A DNA stretch of 63,579 nt, the filler included, from Reclinomonas americana ATCC 50394 (Eukaryota), in the NCBI GenBank assembly GCA_048213135.1. It is 4 parts of 3 records of this genome, joined end to end, with 100 filler letters (N's around TTAATTAATTAA, not from the genome) between each part and the next. Parts side by side here need not be neighbours in the genome. Positions count along the whole stretch, not along the records: positions 22,686 to 50,377 come from PS015198.1; positions 50,478 to 53,457 come from PS015199.1; positions 53,558 to 63,579 come from PS015200.1; 1 more part is not named here. The stretch is one strand, 5' to 3'. Positions 44,601 through 63,506 of the stretch are shown here, piece after piece (the first letter of the stretch is position 1; the number at the start of each line of letters is the position of its first letter). The position numbers and the translations under genes were made by a program. The notes under the pieces were generated by a model that worked only from the letters and a program-made list of their open reading frames with translations, did no database searches and was not told where the DNA came from.

Positions 44601-47600
44601 CAGCTGCGCGCCCGCGCTCACCAAAAACGCACTGCCGTTCGCTCCACCGCTGACCGCGTACGTGTACGACTGGCCTCCATCATTGTCGATGGTGCTCATG
44701 GTACACAATGGCACGTTGGCTGTCGACGGCGCAACGTAGGTGGTTGTACCGGTGCAGGCAATGTCAGTTGGTGTAGAGTTAGAAGTGGTGAACGAGAGGG
44801 TAGAGCCGGTGAGAGTGCTGGGCACGGTGGAGGTGGAGATGGCACGAAAGTAGTAAGTCCAGCTGGCGGCGAGCGACGTGAGTGACGCGGTGAGAGCGGT
44901 ACTGGAGGCGACGCCAGAGGTGGTGGGAGTGGCCGAGACGGTGGAGGAGCCGATGGTGAGTCGGCGAATGGTGAGACCATTGTAATCTTTGGGGCAAGAT
45001 ATTGAGCAGGAAGACAAGGGATGACAATGGTTCTCTTCTTTGAGCGCACACCTGCAATATACAGAGTGGATGACGCGGTATCGTACGCCATTAACACCTG
45101 GACTGACCCAATGAGAGAGACGAATCCGATAAGTCGTTACAAGCACCAGACGAACGAACCGGGCCATTGAATCGAGCACTTGTCACTGGGCTTCCGTCGG
45201 TTGCTCCCGTGGCTCCCGCAGCGCCGGCGATGGTTGTAACGACACCGGTGCCGATGACGATTTGGCGAATGGTGGAGTTGGTAAACTTTGAGAAGACACG
45301 TCAATAAATAATGCGAGAAAATACTTCACATGCGCTGCATAACAACCAGACGCAACATCAGCAACGTAAAGAACGCCACGCGCTCGATCAAGCTGGATGC
45401 CAATTGGCGCATTGAATCGAGCCGCACTGCCTGTGGCATCAGTCGACCCTGTCACGGCGGTGAGGGATCCGGCCAGAACTGAAACAGTCATCGCCAGCAT
45501 GTCGATCACCCGGATGTTGTGGCGATCTCGATCGGCTGTTCATACCCAGACGTGTAAGCGCACATCTAGTGTCACAAAAGCCTCTCTCTCTCTCTCTCCC
45601 TCACGCGCACGCCGTACACACGTACCAACGTACAGCCGATTGGCCGTCGTGTCCAATGCCACACCATTCGGTCCACCAAACCGCGCAGTTGTTGCACATG
45701 CCCCGTCAACAATACCAGACGACCCAATCGTACCGCAGAAGGTGGTGACCTCGCCGCCGTATGTGACCTAAGAAACGGAGTACAGTTATGCATCGTACAA
45801 GCACAGCGGTCACAGATGCGCGTAGGCACCTTTCTGATGGCGTTGTTCTGCCAGTCACCAACGTACACTGCCTTGTTCGAAGGATCAACCACGATGCCGT
45901 GCGGTCTTCTAAACCTCGCAATAGATCCGGTGCCATTCGCAGTGCCGATCGATCCGTTTCCAGCCAGCGTCGACACAGAGCCAGATGCAGTGCTCACGCG
46001 GATGGCATGGTTATTTTGCTGAAGGCAACAGTTGTCAAGGACAGAAGAGCTCTTTCATGGACAACGACAGCAACGCAACATCAGCAATGTAAAGGTAGCC
46101 GGTGGTCCAATCGATCGATATGTCTGTGGGCTGGCTAAGCCGCGCAGCCGAACCGACGCCATCAACCAAGCTACTTGCTCCAGCAGTTCCCAGGAATGTC
46201 GATGTCACACCTCCGCTCGTGACTTGCCGAATCGTGTGGTTAAACATGTCGCACAGGAATGCAGAGCCCGACGCATCAAAGGCGATGCCCTGGAGCGCCC
46301 TGTGAGTCTATAGAGTCATGGGCGATGGAAACGTTTCAACAGACAACTCACTGCCGGATTGGCAAAACGAGCAGCACTGCCCGAGCCATTCGTCGAGCCA
46401 TACATGCCCGCCGTACCCAACCATGTCGACACGGCCGGCGTGATGCCAAGCGCAGCCGCGGAAGGCGCCCATTCGAACGAGTTGCTCATTGTCGAGGCCG
46501 CCACAGAGTTGCCGACCACTGCATTCAATGTCACCGACGACGTTGTGACATTGCTAGCAGCGAGCGTGGCCAGCGACTGGGTGGCTGTGACATACCGAAG
46601 GAGGGGAACATCGTGAGTCGCCAGCACAAAAGGGACAGGGGGGGGGGGGGGGGAGGGGAGAGGAGGAGGAGGAGGAGGAGGAGGAGGAGGAGGAGGAGAG
46701 AGAAGAAGAGAGAGAGAGAGAGAGAGTGAGTGAGTGAGTGAGTGAGAGAAGGGAGAAGGGAGTNNNNNNNNNNNNNNNNNNNNNNNNNNNNNNNNNNNNN
46801 NNNNNNNNNNNNNNNNNNNNNNNNNNNNNNNNNNNNNNNNNNNNNNNNNNNNNNNNNNNNNNNNNNNNNNNNNNNNNNNNNNNNNNNNNNNNNNNNNNNN
46901 NNNNNNNNNNNNNNNNNNNNNNNNNNNNNNNNNNNNNNNNGGAACAAGAAGAATAAGAGATGGAGGAAGTGCATGAGGATCAGGAGAAGAAGAAGAAGAT
47001 TAGGAACTGCAACAGGAATACAGCAGTGAACGACGACGACGACGAGGAGGAGGAGGAGAAGGAGGAGAACTGGAAGAAACACTCTCTCAGAAAAAGAGTA
47101 GAAGTGAATGAGCAGGAGAGGCAGATACAGAACACACTTGACTGTAAAGGAATCACATCGCCTCACCCGTAGTGATGGCGAACGCCTTGTCGAAGAACAG
47201 CGGCGGCGATCCATTGTCCGTCGACCGAATCGTCACCGCCAGCGAACTGCCAGCCTGCCCCGCCGCCACAATCACCAGCGATTGTCCGCTGATCGAAAAC
47301 ACCGCGCTGTTGGCGCCGCCGACAATCGAATACGTGAATGACTGGCCCGCGTTCGCGTCCGTCGTCTGCAGCGCACACACGACTTGATTCGCCACCGACG
47401 GCGCCACATACGTTGTCGATGAGCAGCTAATGTCGGTGGGAGCCACATTGGTGGTGGTGGTGAAGGACACGGTGGCGCCATTGATGGTGCTGGGCGTGGA
47501 GGCGACACCGACGGCGCGGTAGTAGTACGTCCAGTTGCTCGCCAATCCAGTCAACGATGCAGTGATGGAGGTGGCGAGGGAGCCGGTGGCAGTGGCGGGT

Positions 47601-48722
47601 GTGGCCGACACGGATTGGGATGCGAGTGAGAGGCGACGGATGGTGTGTGCGGAGAAATCGCCAACCAGCAAGGATGCTGTTGATGCGTCGATGGCGACAA
47701 AGTGGGGCCAACTGAAGCGCGCCACGGTCAGCGCACTGCCGTCGGCTGAACCGCTCATGCCCACAGCGCCAGCAATCGTCGACACTGACAAGTCGGACAA
47801 TCGGATGCTTCGCACGGTGTTGTTGTCAGCCTATGGAGCTCCTTGCAGTCAGAATGAAACAGCAAAACGGGTCTCTGGGTGAAACGAGTGGAGCGACTCA
47901 ACATCGCCAACATAGATGACGTTGTTTCCTGCGTCGAATGCCAGTCCCACAGGTGTGCTGAAGCGGGCAGCCGTTCCTGGTGTGTATCAATGAGCACGCA
48001 TGAAAACATGCACGCTGGGTTGTCCATCACAATGAACTCACCGGTGGCATCCGTGGATCCAGATGTGCCGCTTGTTGAACCTGCCACCGTCGTCACTGTC
48101 ATCGCCACTGTGTCGATGGCTCGGATGGAGCTGTTCACGCGATCGGCTGCACTCACGCACACAAGCAGAAGACAAAGATAAGAATGGGAGGAAGGGCACC
48201 ACTTTGTTGCTCTCTTGTTCCACAGAGCACTCACCAACATACAGCGTGGTTCCGACAAGAAGCACGCCGTTGGGGCCACCAAATCGCGCCGCTCCCGCAC
48301 ACGCACCATCGGCAGTGCCACTCACGCCCATCGAGCCGCAGAATGTCGTCACCGCACCGGCATAGGTCACTCGCCGAATGGTGTTGTTGAGCCAGTCACC
48401 CACATACACCACCTGGTTCGTGGCATCCACCGCCACTCCCACAGGCTGATTGAAGGAGGCTGCTGCGCCCGAGGCATTGTCACTTCCCGACGCCCCGTTT
48501 CCCGCCAGTGTGGTGACCACGGCCGCAGCGGTGACGGCGCGCACAGCGTGGTTTGCCAACTGTGCGAGAGAAGCACACACAGAGTCAGAGTCAGCAGGAT
48601 GCATGAGGAGAGATCACAAATGTCAGTACACACTCACATCGGCGACGTAGATGGTTCCCGTGGTTTGATCGACGGCGAGGCCGGATGGACTGCGAGTGAA
48701 GTTGTTGAGAGAAGAGCGAGCG

Positions 48723-48772
<50 letters not shown>

Positions 48773-50301
48773 NNNNNNNNNNNNNNNNNNNNNNNNNNNN
48801 NNNNNNNNNNNNNNNNNNNNNNNNNNNNNNNNNNNNNNNNNNNNNNNNNNNNNNNNNNNNNNNNNNNNNNNNNNNNNNNNNCTTGCACTGCCGGCAAGCG
48901 AAAGACAGAGCAGGTGCACGAGGAGCGTGACGGCGATGAGCGCGCGCATAGCAGCAACGTATGTGCGTGATTGAGGAGAGGGATATATTGTCGCACAAAG
49001 CGAGGAAGAAACGGTTATAACGCTTAATTTGGCGCCAAAATTGCTCAACTCTAAATCTTTTGTGCCCGACGTGCAGTTGCCGCTGGTTGCACACGCCATC
49101 GCCGTCGACGTGGCCACCACGCCACTCTTCGGCACACACTGCTTCGTCGACGCCTTGAGTGTCCACGAACCGCAACGCGCAGCGCTGCGTGCGCCGTATT
49201 AAAAATGCAACTGCGCTGTCCTGGACTTCGTGTTTGCTTCTCTCCTCTTCTACCAGCTACCACCACACTGCTGGGTGTGCCCGGCGTGCGAAGGTCATGA
49301 GTCGGCAAGTCTGTTTTCGATATCAACGTCGCAGGACGTTTTGTTTTCATTGTTTTTGTGATTGAGAGGGAATGCGTGTCAACTTTCTCGAGTTGACTGC
49401 TGGAGAACGCACGCTTCTTGATCAGTATCCGCACATCAAAGAGCGCTTGAAGANNNNNNNNNNNNNNNNNNNNNNNNNNNNNNNNNNNNNNNNNNNNNNN
49501 NNNNNNNNNNNNNNNNNNNNNNNNNNNNNNNNNNNNNNNNNNNNNNNNNNNNNNNNNNNNNNNNNNNNNNNNNNNNNNNNNNNNNNNNNNNNNNNNNNNN
49601 NNNNNNNNNNNNNNNNNNNNNNNNNNNNNNNNNNNNNNNNNNNNNNNNNNNNNNNNNNNNNNNNNNNNNNNNNNNNNNNNNNNNNNNNNNNNNNNNNNNN
49701 NNNNNNNNNNNNNNNNNNNNNNNNNNNNNNNNNNNNNNNNNNNNNNNNNNNNNNNNGAGAGAGAGAGAGAGGAAGAGATACCCTTGGAACTGCGCTGCCA
49801 CGCCTGTGCCATTCGCAAAGCCGCATGTGGTGCCAGCAAACGTGGTCACTGTGGCCGCGGGTGTGATGCGTCGAATGCGACAGTTGCTGTCATCGCGAGT
49901 GATAAGAGGGAGGAAAAGATGAGAGAAGGGACGACGGAACGCAGATGACAAACCCGTTTTCTGCCACGTACAAGTTGCCCGTGGCGTCAAAGGCAAGTCC
50001 CTGCAAGAAGAGGCACACACGCATGGGAAGCAGACGCTTGCTAAAGAAGAAACACAGTGACGCACCGTCGGTGAATTGAAAAGTGCGCTCGCTCCAACAC
50101 CGTCAGCCGTCCCCGACGTGCCTGCTGTGCCCACAAAAGTGGAGACCGTGGCGGAGGAGACACCAATCGCGGCAGCATACGGAGACCACTCAAAGGAGTT
50201 GGTGGTGCCTCCAGCGACATTGTTGGGATTGACCCAAGCATTGAGCGTTGCGGTTGTGCCAGTGATGTTGTTGGCGACGGCGGTGGTCACAATCTGAGCG
50301 T
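41675..50301 (-). CDS. Large extracellular-type protein: 2x[FN3 with inserted NHL propeller + cadherin-like], cadherin-like, IPT-like, cadherin-like, 2x PAN/Apple; 5'-truncated at the scaffold end
   Basis: NHL repeats (TLAGNGxxGxxNGxGxxAxFxxPxGxAVD...VYVGDWxNNxIRxV); cadherin-like NxAPTDI...TxDxxxGQSxTYxxxGG...VRSxDNGxP; PAN motifs DRPGG...CCELC...CRSWTF...CTLK and DRPGGDL...CSLWC...CGSWTF...CVPK. Splice phases link the 43215 exon to the PAN exons; stop at 41677-41675. Confidence 0.8.
49050..49190 (-). pseudogene. Partial duplicate of the terminal PAN exon
   Basis: CGSWTLKASTKQCVPKSGVVATSTAMACATSGNCTSG versus CGSWTFAASTKQCVPKSGVVATSTMTACATSGDCTSG at ~41680-41800. There is an upstream in-frame stop, and the original stop is shifted out of frame. 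Confidence 0.65.
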
Positions 50302-50377
50302 CTGCAAGAGGTGATTGGTGTGTGTAAACGTGAGCGCGCTGCGCATAATGAAGCGCAAAAACACACAGCGTACACAC

Positions 50378-50477
50378 NNNNNNNNNNNNNNNNNNNNNNN
50401 NNNNNNNNNNNNNNNNNNNNNTTAATTAATTAANNNNNNNNNNNNNNNNNNNNNNNNNNNNNNNNNNNNNNNNNNNN
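50378..50477. other. Artificial scaffold linker N44-TTAATTAATTAA-N44
   Basis: 12-mer at 50422-50433. Confidence 0.95.
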
Positions 50478-52107
50478 ACATGTGAAGGGGAGAAAGAAGA
50501 AGAGAACGGAAAGGGGGGAGGAGAAATGAGGAGGGAGACGGAGAATACGTCGACGAGAAAGTGAGAAGGGGAGAAAGAAGAAGAGAACGGAAAGTGGGGA
50601 AAGCAATGAGGAGTGAGTGAGTGAGAGAGAGACATGTAGGGAGAGAGAAAAAGAAGAGAAGAGAAAGGATGAGGGAACGACGGGCGTAAAGGGGCAAGAG
50701 AGAGGAGGGGAAAGGATGAAGAGGGAAGGAGAAATGAGTTAAGTGGAAGGAACACCAGGCGGAAAACTGAGGCAAATAAGGGATGAGTTAAAGGACGACT
50801 GCACGACCGGCAAGACAGAGAAAGCAGCCAGAAAATTGCGGTGGCTCGAATGCACGACGCAACGACTTCGAAAATCGGAATGAATGCTGCCACTGCCCAT
50901 GTCGCTGAGGAGGTGGGTGCCGGTGCTTTGGGTGCCAGCTGAGGAGGATGAGGCATGTGAGTAGAGTGGGGGGATGTGGACAGCGACAAGGTATGGAAGA
51001 GCGCAACTGTCTCCAGACAGGGGTGATCCGTGGCGGTCGCGAGGGGAGAGCTGGGTGGAGGGAAGGGAAGGGTAAGTGAGAAGGAAAAGAAGGGGAAAGT
51101 GATTCAAAGAGAGAGAGAGAGAGATGAAAGGCGAAGAGAACTGATTGCAGTGTAACAGGTGACGAGAAAAGTGGAGCAACGGCGAGGGGGGATGTATGTG
51201 GGTGCGTTTCTTGCAGTCTCAGGGAGAGAGAGAGACGGAGGAGAAGAGCAACGACGAAGGGGATTGCTTGTGCCTCCGCCAGTCACGAGAGGAGGGAGAG
51301 AGACAGAGAAAAAGAGAGATAGTGTGGAGAAGGATAAAAAGATGAAGGAAAAGGAGAAGAAAGAGAGGGATGAAGGTCGAGAAGAACGGCGACGAAGGGA
51401 TTCTGCTTGTGCTTCGTCAAGTCTCATCAGGAAAAGGTAAGTTGTTTGCAGGTGAGCGAGGGAGCAACAGGAGATCGACAGACAGGAAACGATCGTGCCA
51501 AGTCCAAGTCGCTCAGTACGATCCCCTTCCCTCCATCTCTGCGTGTACGAATGCAATCGCGACAAGTCCAAAACTTTCTTTCTCTCTCTCTCTGTCTGTG
51601 TGTGAATGCGTGTGCGTGTGTGCGTGTCGTCTAGAAAGCTCTCTACATTCTGTGAAGGGCCAACGATCGCACAGGCTCTTCTCTCGCACTGAGCGTGTGT
51701 CAGAGAGAGAGAGCGAGAGCGTGAGAATGAATGATCTTTCCAAGCCTGGAACGCTCTCTGCATCCTGTGCAGAGATGTCGATCGCTTAGGCTCCTCTCTC
51801 TCTGTGCGTGTGTGTATTTGNNNNNNNNNNNNNNNNNNNNNNNNNNNNNNNNNNNNNNNNNNNNNNNNNNNNNNNNNNNNNNNNNNNNNNNNNNNNNNNN
51901 NNNNNNNNNNNNNNNNNNNNNNNNNNNNNNNNNNNNNNNNNNNNATGTGTGAGAGAGAGTGTGTGTGCGTTGCAAGATTGTGTCCATTCTCGATCGCTCT
52001 TTGCATTGTGCAAAGAAACAGCGGTCGCACTCTCTCCCTCCTGCTCTCTCTCTCTCTCCCTCTCTCTCCCCATCTCTCTCCCTTCCTCTCCCTCCCTCTC
52101 ACGCAAC

Positions 52108-52350
52108 GCTCTCTCCCGCCGACAACTGCCTCGACAACATCTCCATCAGCTCATGCCTCCCTCCACCTCCTCCTCCTCCTCCACCACCCGTCATCTCCGA
52201 CGCACTGCTGCGCATACTGCTGCTCATGGTCATCGCCAGTCGTTCATCTCCGCCATACTCGTCCTCCTCTGCGTAGTCCTCTCCACGGCGACGTTGCTGC
52301 TGGTGACTGCTGATGTCGCTGCCGGTGAGCGTCCCGTCGAGGAGACTCAT
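52108..52350 (-). CDS. Probable first exon of an uncharacterised gene
   Basis: ATG at 52350, open frame MSLLDGTL...LSAGES, ending at a GTTGCGT donor followed by a purine-rich intron; downstream exons not resolved. Confidence 0.4.
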
Positions 52351-52535
52351 GGCTGAGTGCAAAGAGAGGGCGAAAAATGTGACCGTTACGCGACGTTCGG
52401 GACGAGGGGACAAGCTAAAAGACGGGCGATGGGAGGGTGAGGCTGTTGATGTGCGTGTGGTGTGCGGGTAAAGTGAGCTAACGGCGTGGTTGAATTCGTT
52501 AAATGATGTTGACTTCACAAAACACTTCATTCCCG

Positions 52536-52760
52536 TCACCGGCCGCTCTCAATGCCCATCTTCTTCAACGACGCCCGGGTGGTCTGTGCACACGTTCCAA
52601 CTTGCGTGAAAACAATCGGCACGTACGTAACCACACCGCTCCAGTGAGCGTCCACCAACTCGGCATACTTCGCCAGCTTGCGGTCGTACGCCTTCCGCAG
52701 TGCCTCTTCGTCCGTCGGGTACGCCACGGCGAGCTCCACAATCAGCACCTGTGCGTCGAC
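52536..52760 (-). mobile_element. Restriction-like endonuclease (PD-(D/E)xK) fragment of an RLE-type non-LTR retrotransposon (R2/NeSL/CRE-like)
   Basis: VLIVELAVAYPTDEEALRKAYDRKLAKYAELV...YVPIVFTQVG...TRASLKKMGI matches the IIEVTVP...RKxxKYxxL...PIVxxxxG...LxxLGI pattern. No RT and no clear PD motif upstream. Confidence 0.6.
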
Positions 52761-53457
52761 ACCTGGACCTGGGTCTTATCCTGCTGCCAACATGTTCGAC
52801 GGGACCTTCTGCTGACTCTCCGCTCTCTACTGTTGACCCTTGAACGGGACGCGACATGCTGCAAGGTGCTCTTTCTTCTTTACACACACACGGATTCCGG
52901 ATGCATCATCTCACACGCACTCAACAATTTCTCTCTGACAGACTGGCAAAAAACAAACAAAAACAAGAAATGCACAACAAAAACCAGAGGTGCTCAGACT
53001 GCAAACCATTTCCTCCCCTGCTCACTGACCGTCGCCACTGCCGCTGCCCGATGCTGCGCCAGCGTCCTCCATGTCCTGGTCTTGGGGTGTGGCGTGGGCG
53101 AGGGCGTCGATAAAGGCCTCGGTGGTCACCTGTGGGGGAAAAAGGCGAGGGTGAGGAGGGGGGAGGAGGGGGGAGGAGGGGAGGAAAAGGGAGAGGAGAG
53201 AGGGAGGAGAAGGGAGAGGGGGAGAAGAAGGCGGAGGAGAAGGGGGAAAGGGGGAGGAGAAGAGAGGAGCGATGACAGAGCAACACCGAAGCATACACTC
53301 ACACAGATACAGATAGGGATAGACGGGTTACGTGAAAACAGCAGTCCTTACGGCCTAGACAAAACAAACTGGCAGAAAGAGATAACTGAGCTGAGCGAGC
53401 CACATGAGTGAGGGAGAGAGAGAGAGAAAGAGAGCGAGAGGCCTTCACCTTCTCTCT

Positions 53458-53557
53458 NNNNNNNNNNNNNNNNNNNNNNNNNNNNNNNNNNNNNNNNNNN
53501 NTTAATTAATTAANNNNNNNNNNNNNNNNNNNNNNNNNNNNNNNNNNNNNNNNNNNN
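53458..53557. other. Artificial scaffold linker N44-TTAATTAATTAA-N44
   Basis: 12-mer at 53502-53513. Confidence 0.95.
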
Positions 53558-53929
53558 GAGAGAGAGAAGAGAGAGAGAGAGAGAACATCGCAAGTTTCTC
53601 AACTTGCACCTGACACTGATCTGCTCATTTGCAACTTTGCATGCAGTGAGGGTGAGAGAGAGACCGGTAGTGAGAGAGAAAGCGAGGTGGTCACACTTTC
53701 TCCTCAGCTGAACTTATCTTCTCCTTTGCAATCTCGCATGGAGACAGAGAAAGAGAAACTACACTTTTCTCTCAGCAGGTATTTGAGACTGACCTGCTCC
53801 GTTGCAAAGGAGGGACTTAGAGACAGACAAACAGACCAACAGAGAGAAACGGCTTCCTCGTCCATTCTCATGTTCTTCCCTTTCCCTTTCCTCCTCTCCT
53901 CCCTTTTCCCTTTCCCTTCCCCTCCACAG

Positions 53930-56189
53930 TGGACGTCGGCGAGCACCGCCTGGTCGCCAAGGAACGCCGCCAGCAGCTCAACATTTTCGGCCGGCGACGC
54001 AAGGGCGTCCGCCTCAATCGCCCGCAGGTCATGGCCGTCTGCGCGTACCTGTCGCAGGCGTGCGATCCGTTCCGCCCCGACCGCATCAACGAGGAGTTCT
54101 TGGAGCACCTCATCAGCCAGGCATACGTGCGCGACATTAATCGAGACAAGGTGCGGAGAGGGCGAAGGAAGGCAGCAGGGGAAAAGTGTGCTCATCTCTT
54201 TGGTCGTGCAAGGTGCTTGAGCTGGCCGTGTCGGAGGAGGAGGCCGAGCGGGAGCTGGTGCTGTATCGCCGGAATCAGGAGAGTGCCATGTTTACGCTGG
54301 TGCTGCAGGGGCACGTGCGGGTGCTGTCGGGCAAGGAGCAGTTTAATGTTGATTGTGGGCCGTGGACGTTTATGGGGTGAGTGGGGAGAAGGGGGAAAAA
54401 GGGGGAAGGGAGGGGAAGGGGGAAAAGGGGGAAGGGGGAGGGGGAAGGGGAAGAAGGGAGAAGGGGCGACACTGTGATTATCGATGAGTTGCGATGAGGG
54501 CTGTAGGCTGAGGGGGTCAGGGGAGCAGATGAAACGGAGACGAGAAACGGGAATGAGATGGCTGCATGCGGGAAAGGACAAGGAGAGGGAATATGTGAGA
54601 GTAGATCGGAGGGAGAATGAGAGCCGAGAAGAGGGACGCTGTGATTATGGATGAGTTGCGGTGAGGGCTATAGGCTGAGGGAGTCAGGGGAGCACATGAA
54701 TCGGAGACGAGGAACAGAGGAAGAGGGAAGAAGGAGAAGAACAAGAGAGGCAGGACGTGAGGGACTGGGTTTCATCGGGAACAGAGATATGACACAAGGA
54801 GACGGATGTCGCTCGGAGAATGACAAGCAACGCCGTGACAACGGTTGGGTTGCTGCTGCGCTCTCACACCCAACGTGCCAGGTGCGAGGCACTCACCGGT
54901 CCCAACGAGGAGTTCGAGGCCGACTTCACCGCCGTTGTGCACGACACTGTGCGCATTTTGATTATTACGCGGGAGGACTACCAGCAAGCGCTGGCAGCGA
55001 ATGAGGAGTACCGCGAGACGGGATCGGAGCCGTTGTCACTGAAACGTTGCGGGCAAGAGGAGAAGGCGAGTGTCGGCAAAGATGCTGAGCCTTTTCTGTT
55101 GNNNNNNNNNNNNNNNNNNNNNNNNNNNNNNNNNNNNNNNNNNNNNNNNNNNNNNNNNNNNNNNNNNNNNNNNNNNNNNNNNNNNNNNNNNNNNNNNNNN
55201 NNNNNNNNNNNNNNNNNNNNNNNNNNNNNNNNNNNNNNNNNNNNNNNNNNNNNNNNNNNNNNNNNNNNNNNNNNNNNNNATGCGCAGCGATGAGGGTGCG
55301 GGTGCCGGAGGTGCTGGAGCGCCGCATGTCGGATGCGCCGGGGGGTTCGAATAGGAGTGCGAGTTTGTTTCGTGTGGGTGGGTTGGATTCGCAGGAGTCG
55401 GAGGCGGTGGAGGAGCCGTTGCCGCATGGGGCGATGGTGGTGTCGGCGAAGTGAGTGGGGGGGCGGGGGGAAGGGGAGAGGACAAGGGGGAAAGATAATT
55501 GCAGAGTGCGAGAGTGTGGAATGATAGTGAAGCAGAAGAGATGGTGGGAACAGAGAAAGTGGTTGAGTGAGAGAGTTGTTGTTTGACGTTGGGACGGGTT
55601 GGAAGAGAGAAGGCAATTGTGAAAGACAGAGAGTGGGATGAGAGTTTAATAATGTTGTTGTTGTTGTTCTTCTTCTTCTTGTTCTCCTCCTTCTTCTTCT
55701 TCTCGTTCTTCTCCTTTTTCTTCTTGTTCTTGTTCTTGTCCTTCTTCCTTCTTCGTCTTCCTTCTTCTTCTTCTACCCTCTCTCTCTCTCTCTGTCTTCC
55801 TTGCGCGCATCTTGTTCTTCTCATCCAGCGCAATCTTCATGTCAATGTTGCTCACTCTGCACTGTCACGTTCACAGAACGCAGTGGTCCGAGGACGACGA
55901 CGACACGAGTGGCTCCGCCCGTCAGCCACGCCATTCTCCAGTTTCGCTTGTGCAGTCTGTGCTCTGCTCACTTCCATTCCTTACACTCCCCATGGTCGAT
56001 CACAGTCAGCGAATGGCTCACGGGCTGTGGCCTCACGTGGCGGCGATGACGAGGAAGACGACGGCATTGGACCGGGTTTGCTGAGCGGGGTATTAAGTCC
56101 GCTGAGTGACGGTTCGCTGGCCGACGAGTCTGCCTCCGACAAGGTCTCTTTACTCGGGAGTACGCCAGTTGCGCGTCGATTGCAGACTC
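53930..56189 (+). CDS. CNNM: CNNM/CorC-family metal transporter, C-terminal cyclic-nucleotide-binding-homology domain (5'-truncated, 3' end uncertain)
   Basis: Spliced QVMAVCAYLSQACDPF...LYRRNQESAMFTLVLQGHVRVLSGKEQFNVDCGPWTFMGCEAL...ADFTAVVHDTVRILIITREDYQQAL follows the CNNM CNBH pattern. Confidence 0.8.
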
Positions 56190-56522
56190 GTGGTTGGGCT
56201 TGCGTCTTGTGGCTCACCTTCTAGAACTTTCCGATTGCAGAAAGGAAAACGGATATGAGTTTGGCGGCGCTGTGTTATTGCAGCGCCTCTTTTTCATCAT
56301 CAGTGGGTAAAAGCAAAGGAAAAATTAGATACATGCTGTTGATTTGCAGTCGGGAGTGCAGACATGTGTTGTCGGGCAGATCAAGTTGTGGTCGATTTTG
56401 CGAGTTGACAGACCGGACGGGGCTTGTCGTGTTTCTTATTGTGACGCTTTTGTACGCAATCGCACGCACGCACGCACACTTTCTCTCTCACAAACACACT
56501 CTGCTCCTCTCCCACCTCGCCA

Positions 56523-62619
<6,097 letters not shown>

Positions 62620-62823
62620 AACACAGTCAGTCAGTCCACTCGAAACGACCATGTTTACGACATCTCTGTTCTGCCTGGTCTGCAGGTGACATTCGGAAGT
62701 CCGAATGGTAGTCGCAAGAGGGGCAGCGGCCCGTGTAAATAGTAGAATAAACTGTTCAGCCTTGTGGTTACACACTTGCGTCGTTGTGTTGTCCTGCATG
62801 TTCTTGTCATCCAGCCAGCGAAC

Positions 62824-63376
62824 ATGGACGAGAGCGCAATCGCCGCTCGTCGCACCCGCCTCACCGAGGTTCCCTCTCACTCCCCTTCCCTCCCCTTTCC
62901 CCTCTCCCTTACACCCACCCACTCCCTCCCACACACAGCACCTCCGCACCACCCTCTCCGCCATGGGCCTCGGCGACGACCGCCTCCTCCACGCCACTCT
63001 CGACGCCCTCCAACAGCGCCTCACCAACACCGAAGTCAGCGAAGACACCCTACTAGAGGAGCTCGTCGATCAGGCCCTCTCACTGGACACATCGCCTCCT
63101 CCTCCTCCAGTTCCAGTGTCACCAGTATCCACTGTGCGACTTGGCTTTGTGCCCGTGGGCAGAGTCGCCCCCAACAGCAGCAGCAGTGAGACTCCTGCGC
63201 AGTCGTCGCCCGTGAGCACAGTGGTGTCGCCTCCTCCACAGTCTCCTCCTCCTCCTCCTCCTCCGAGAGTGCAATCAGAGCCTGTGTTGGTGGCTTCTTC
63301 GGCTGCAGCTGCAGAGGCACCGGCTGCGTCTGCGTCGGAGTGTGCGGGTGGGGAGGAGCGGGGGGCAGTGGTGCAG
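62824..63376 (+). CDS. 5' exons of an uncharacterised protein with a possible UBA-like N-terminus and a Pro/Ser-rich linker (runs off the window)
   Basis: Exons 62824-62868 and 62939-63376 splice in phase 0: MDESAIAARRTRLTEHLRTTLSAMGLGDDRLLHATLDAL...; the second ends at CAG|GTGAG. Confidence 0.55.
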
Positions 63377-63461
63377 GTGAGGAGACGGGGAATAGAGGCG
63401 ATCATTTGTTGTTATTGTGACGAGACTCCTCTATCAGTCTCTGTCTCTCTCACGCTCTCTC

Positions 63462-63506
<45 letters not shown>

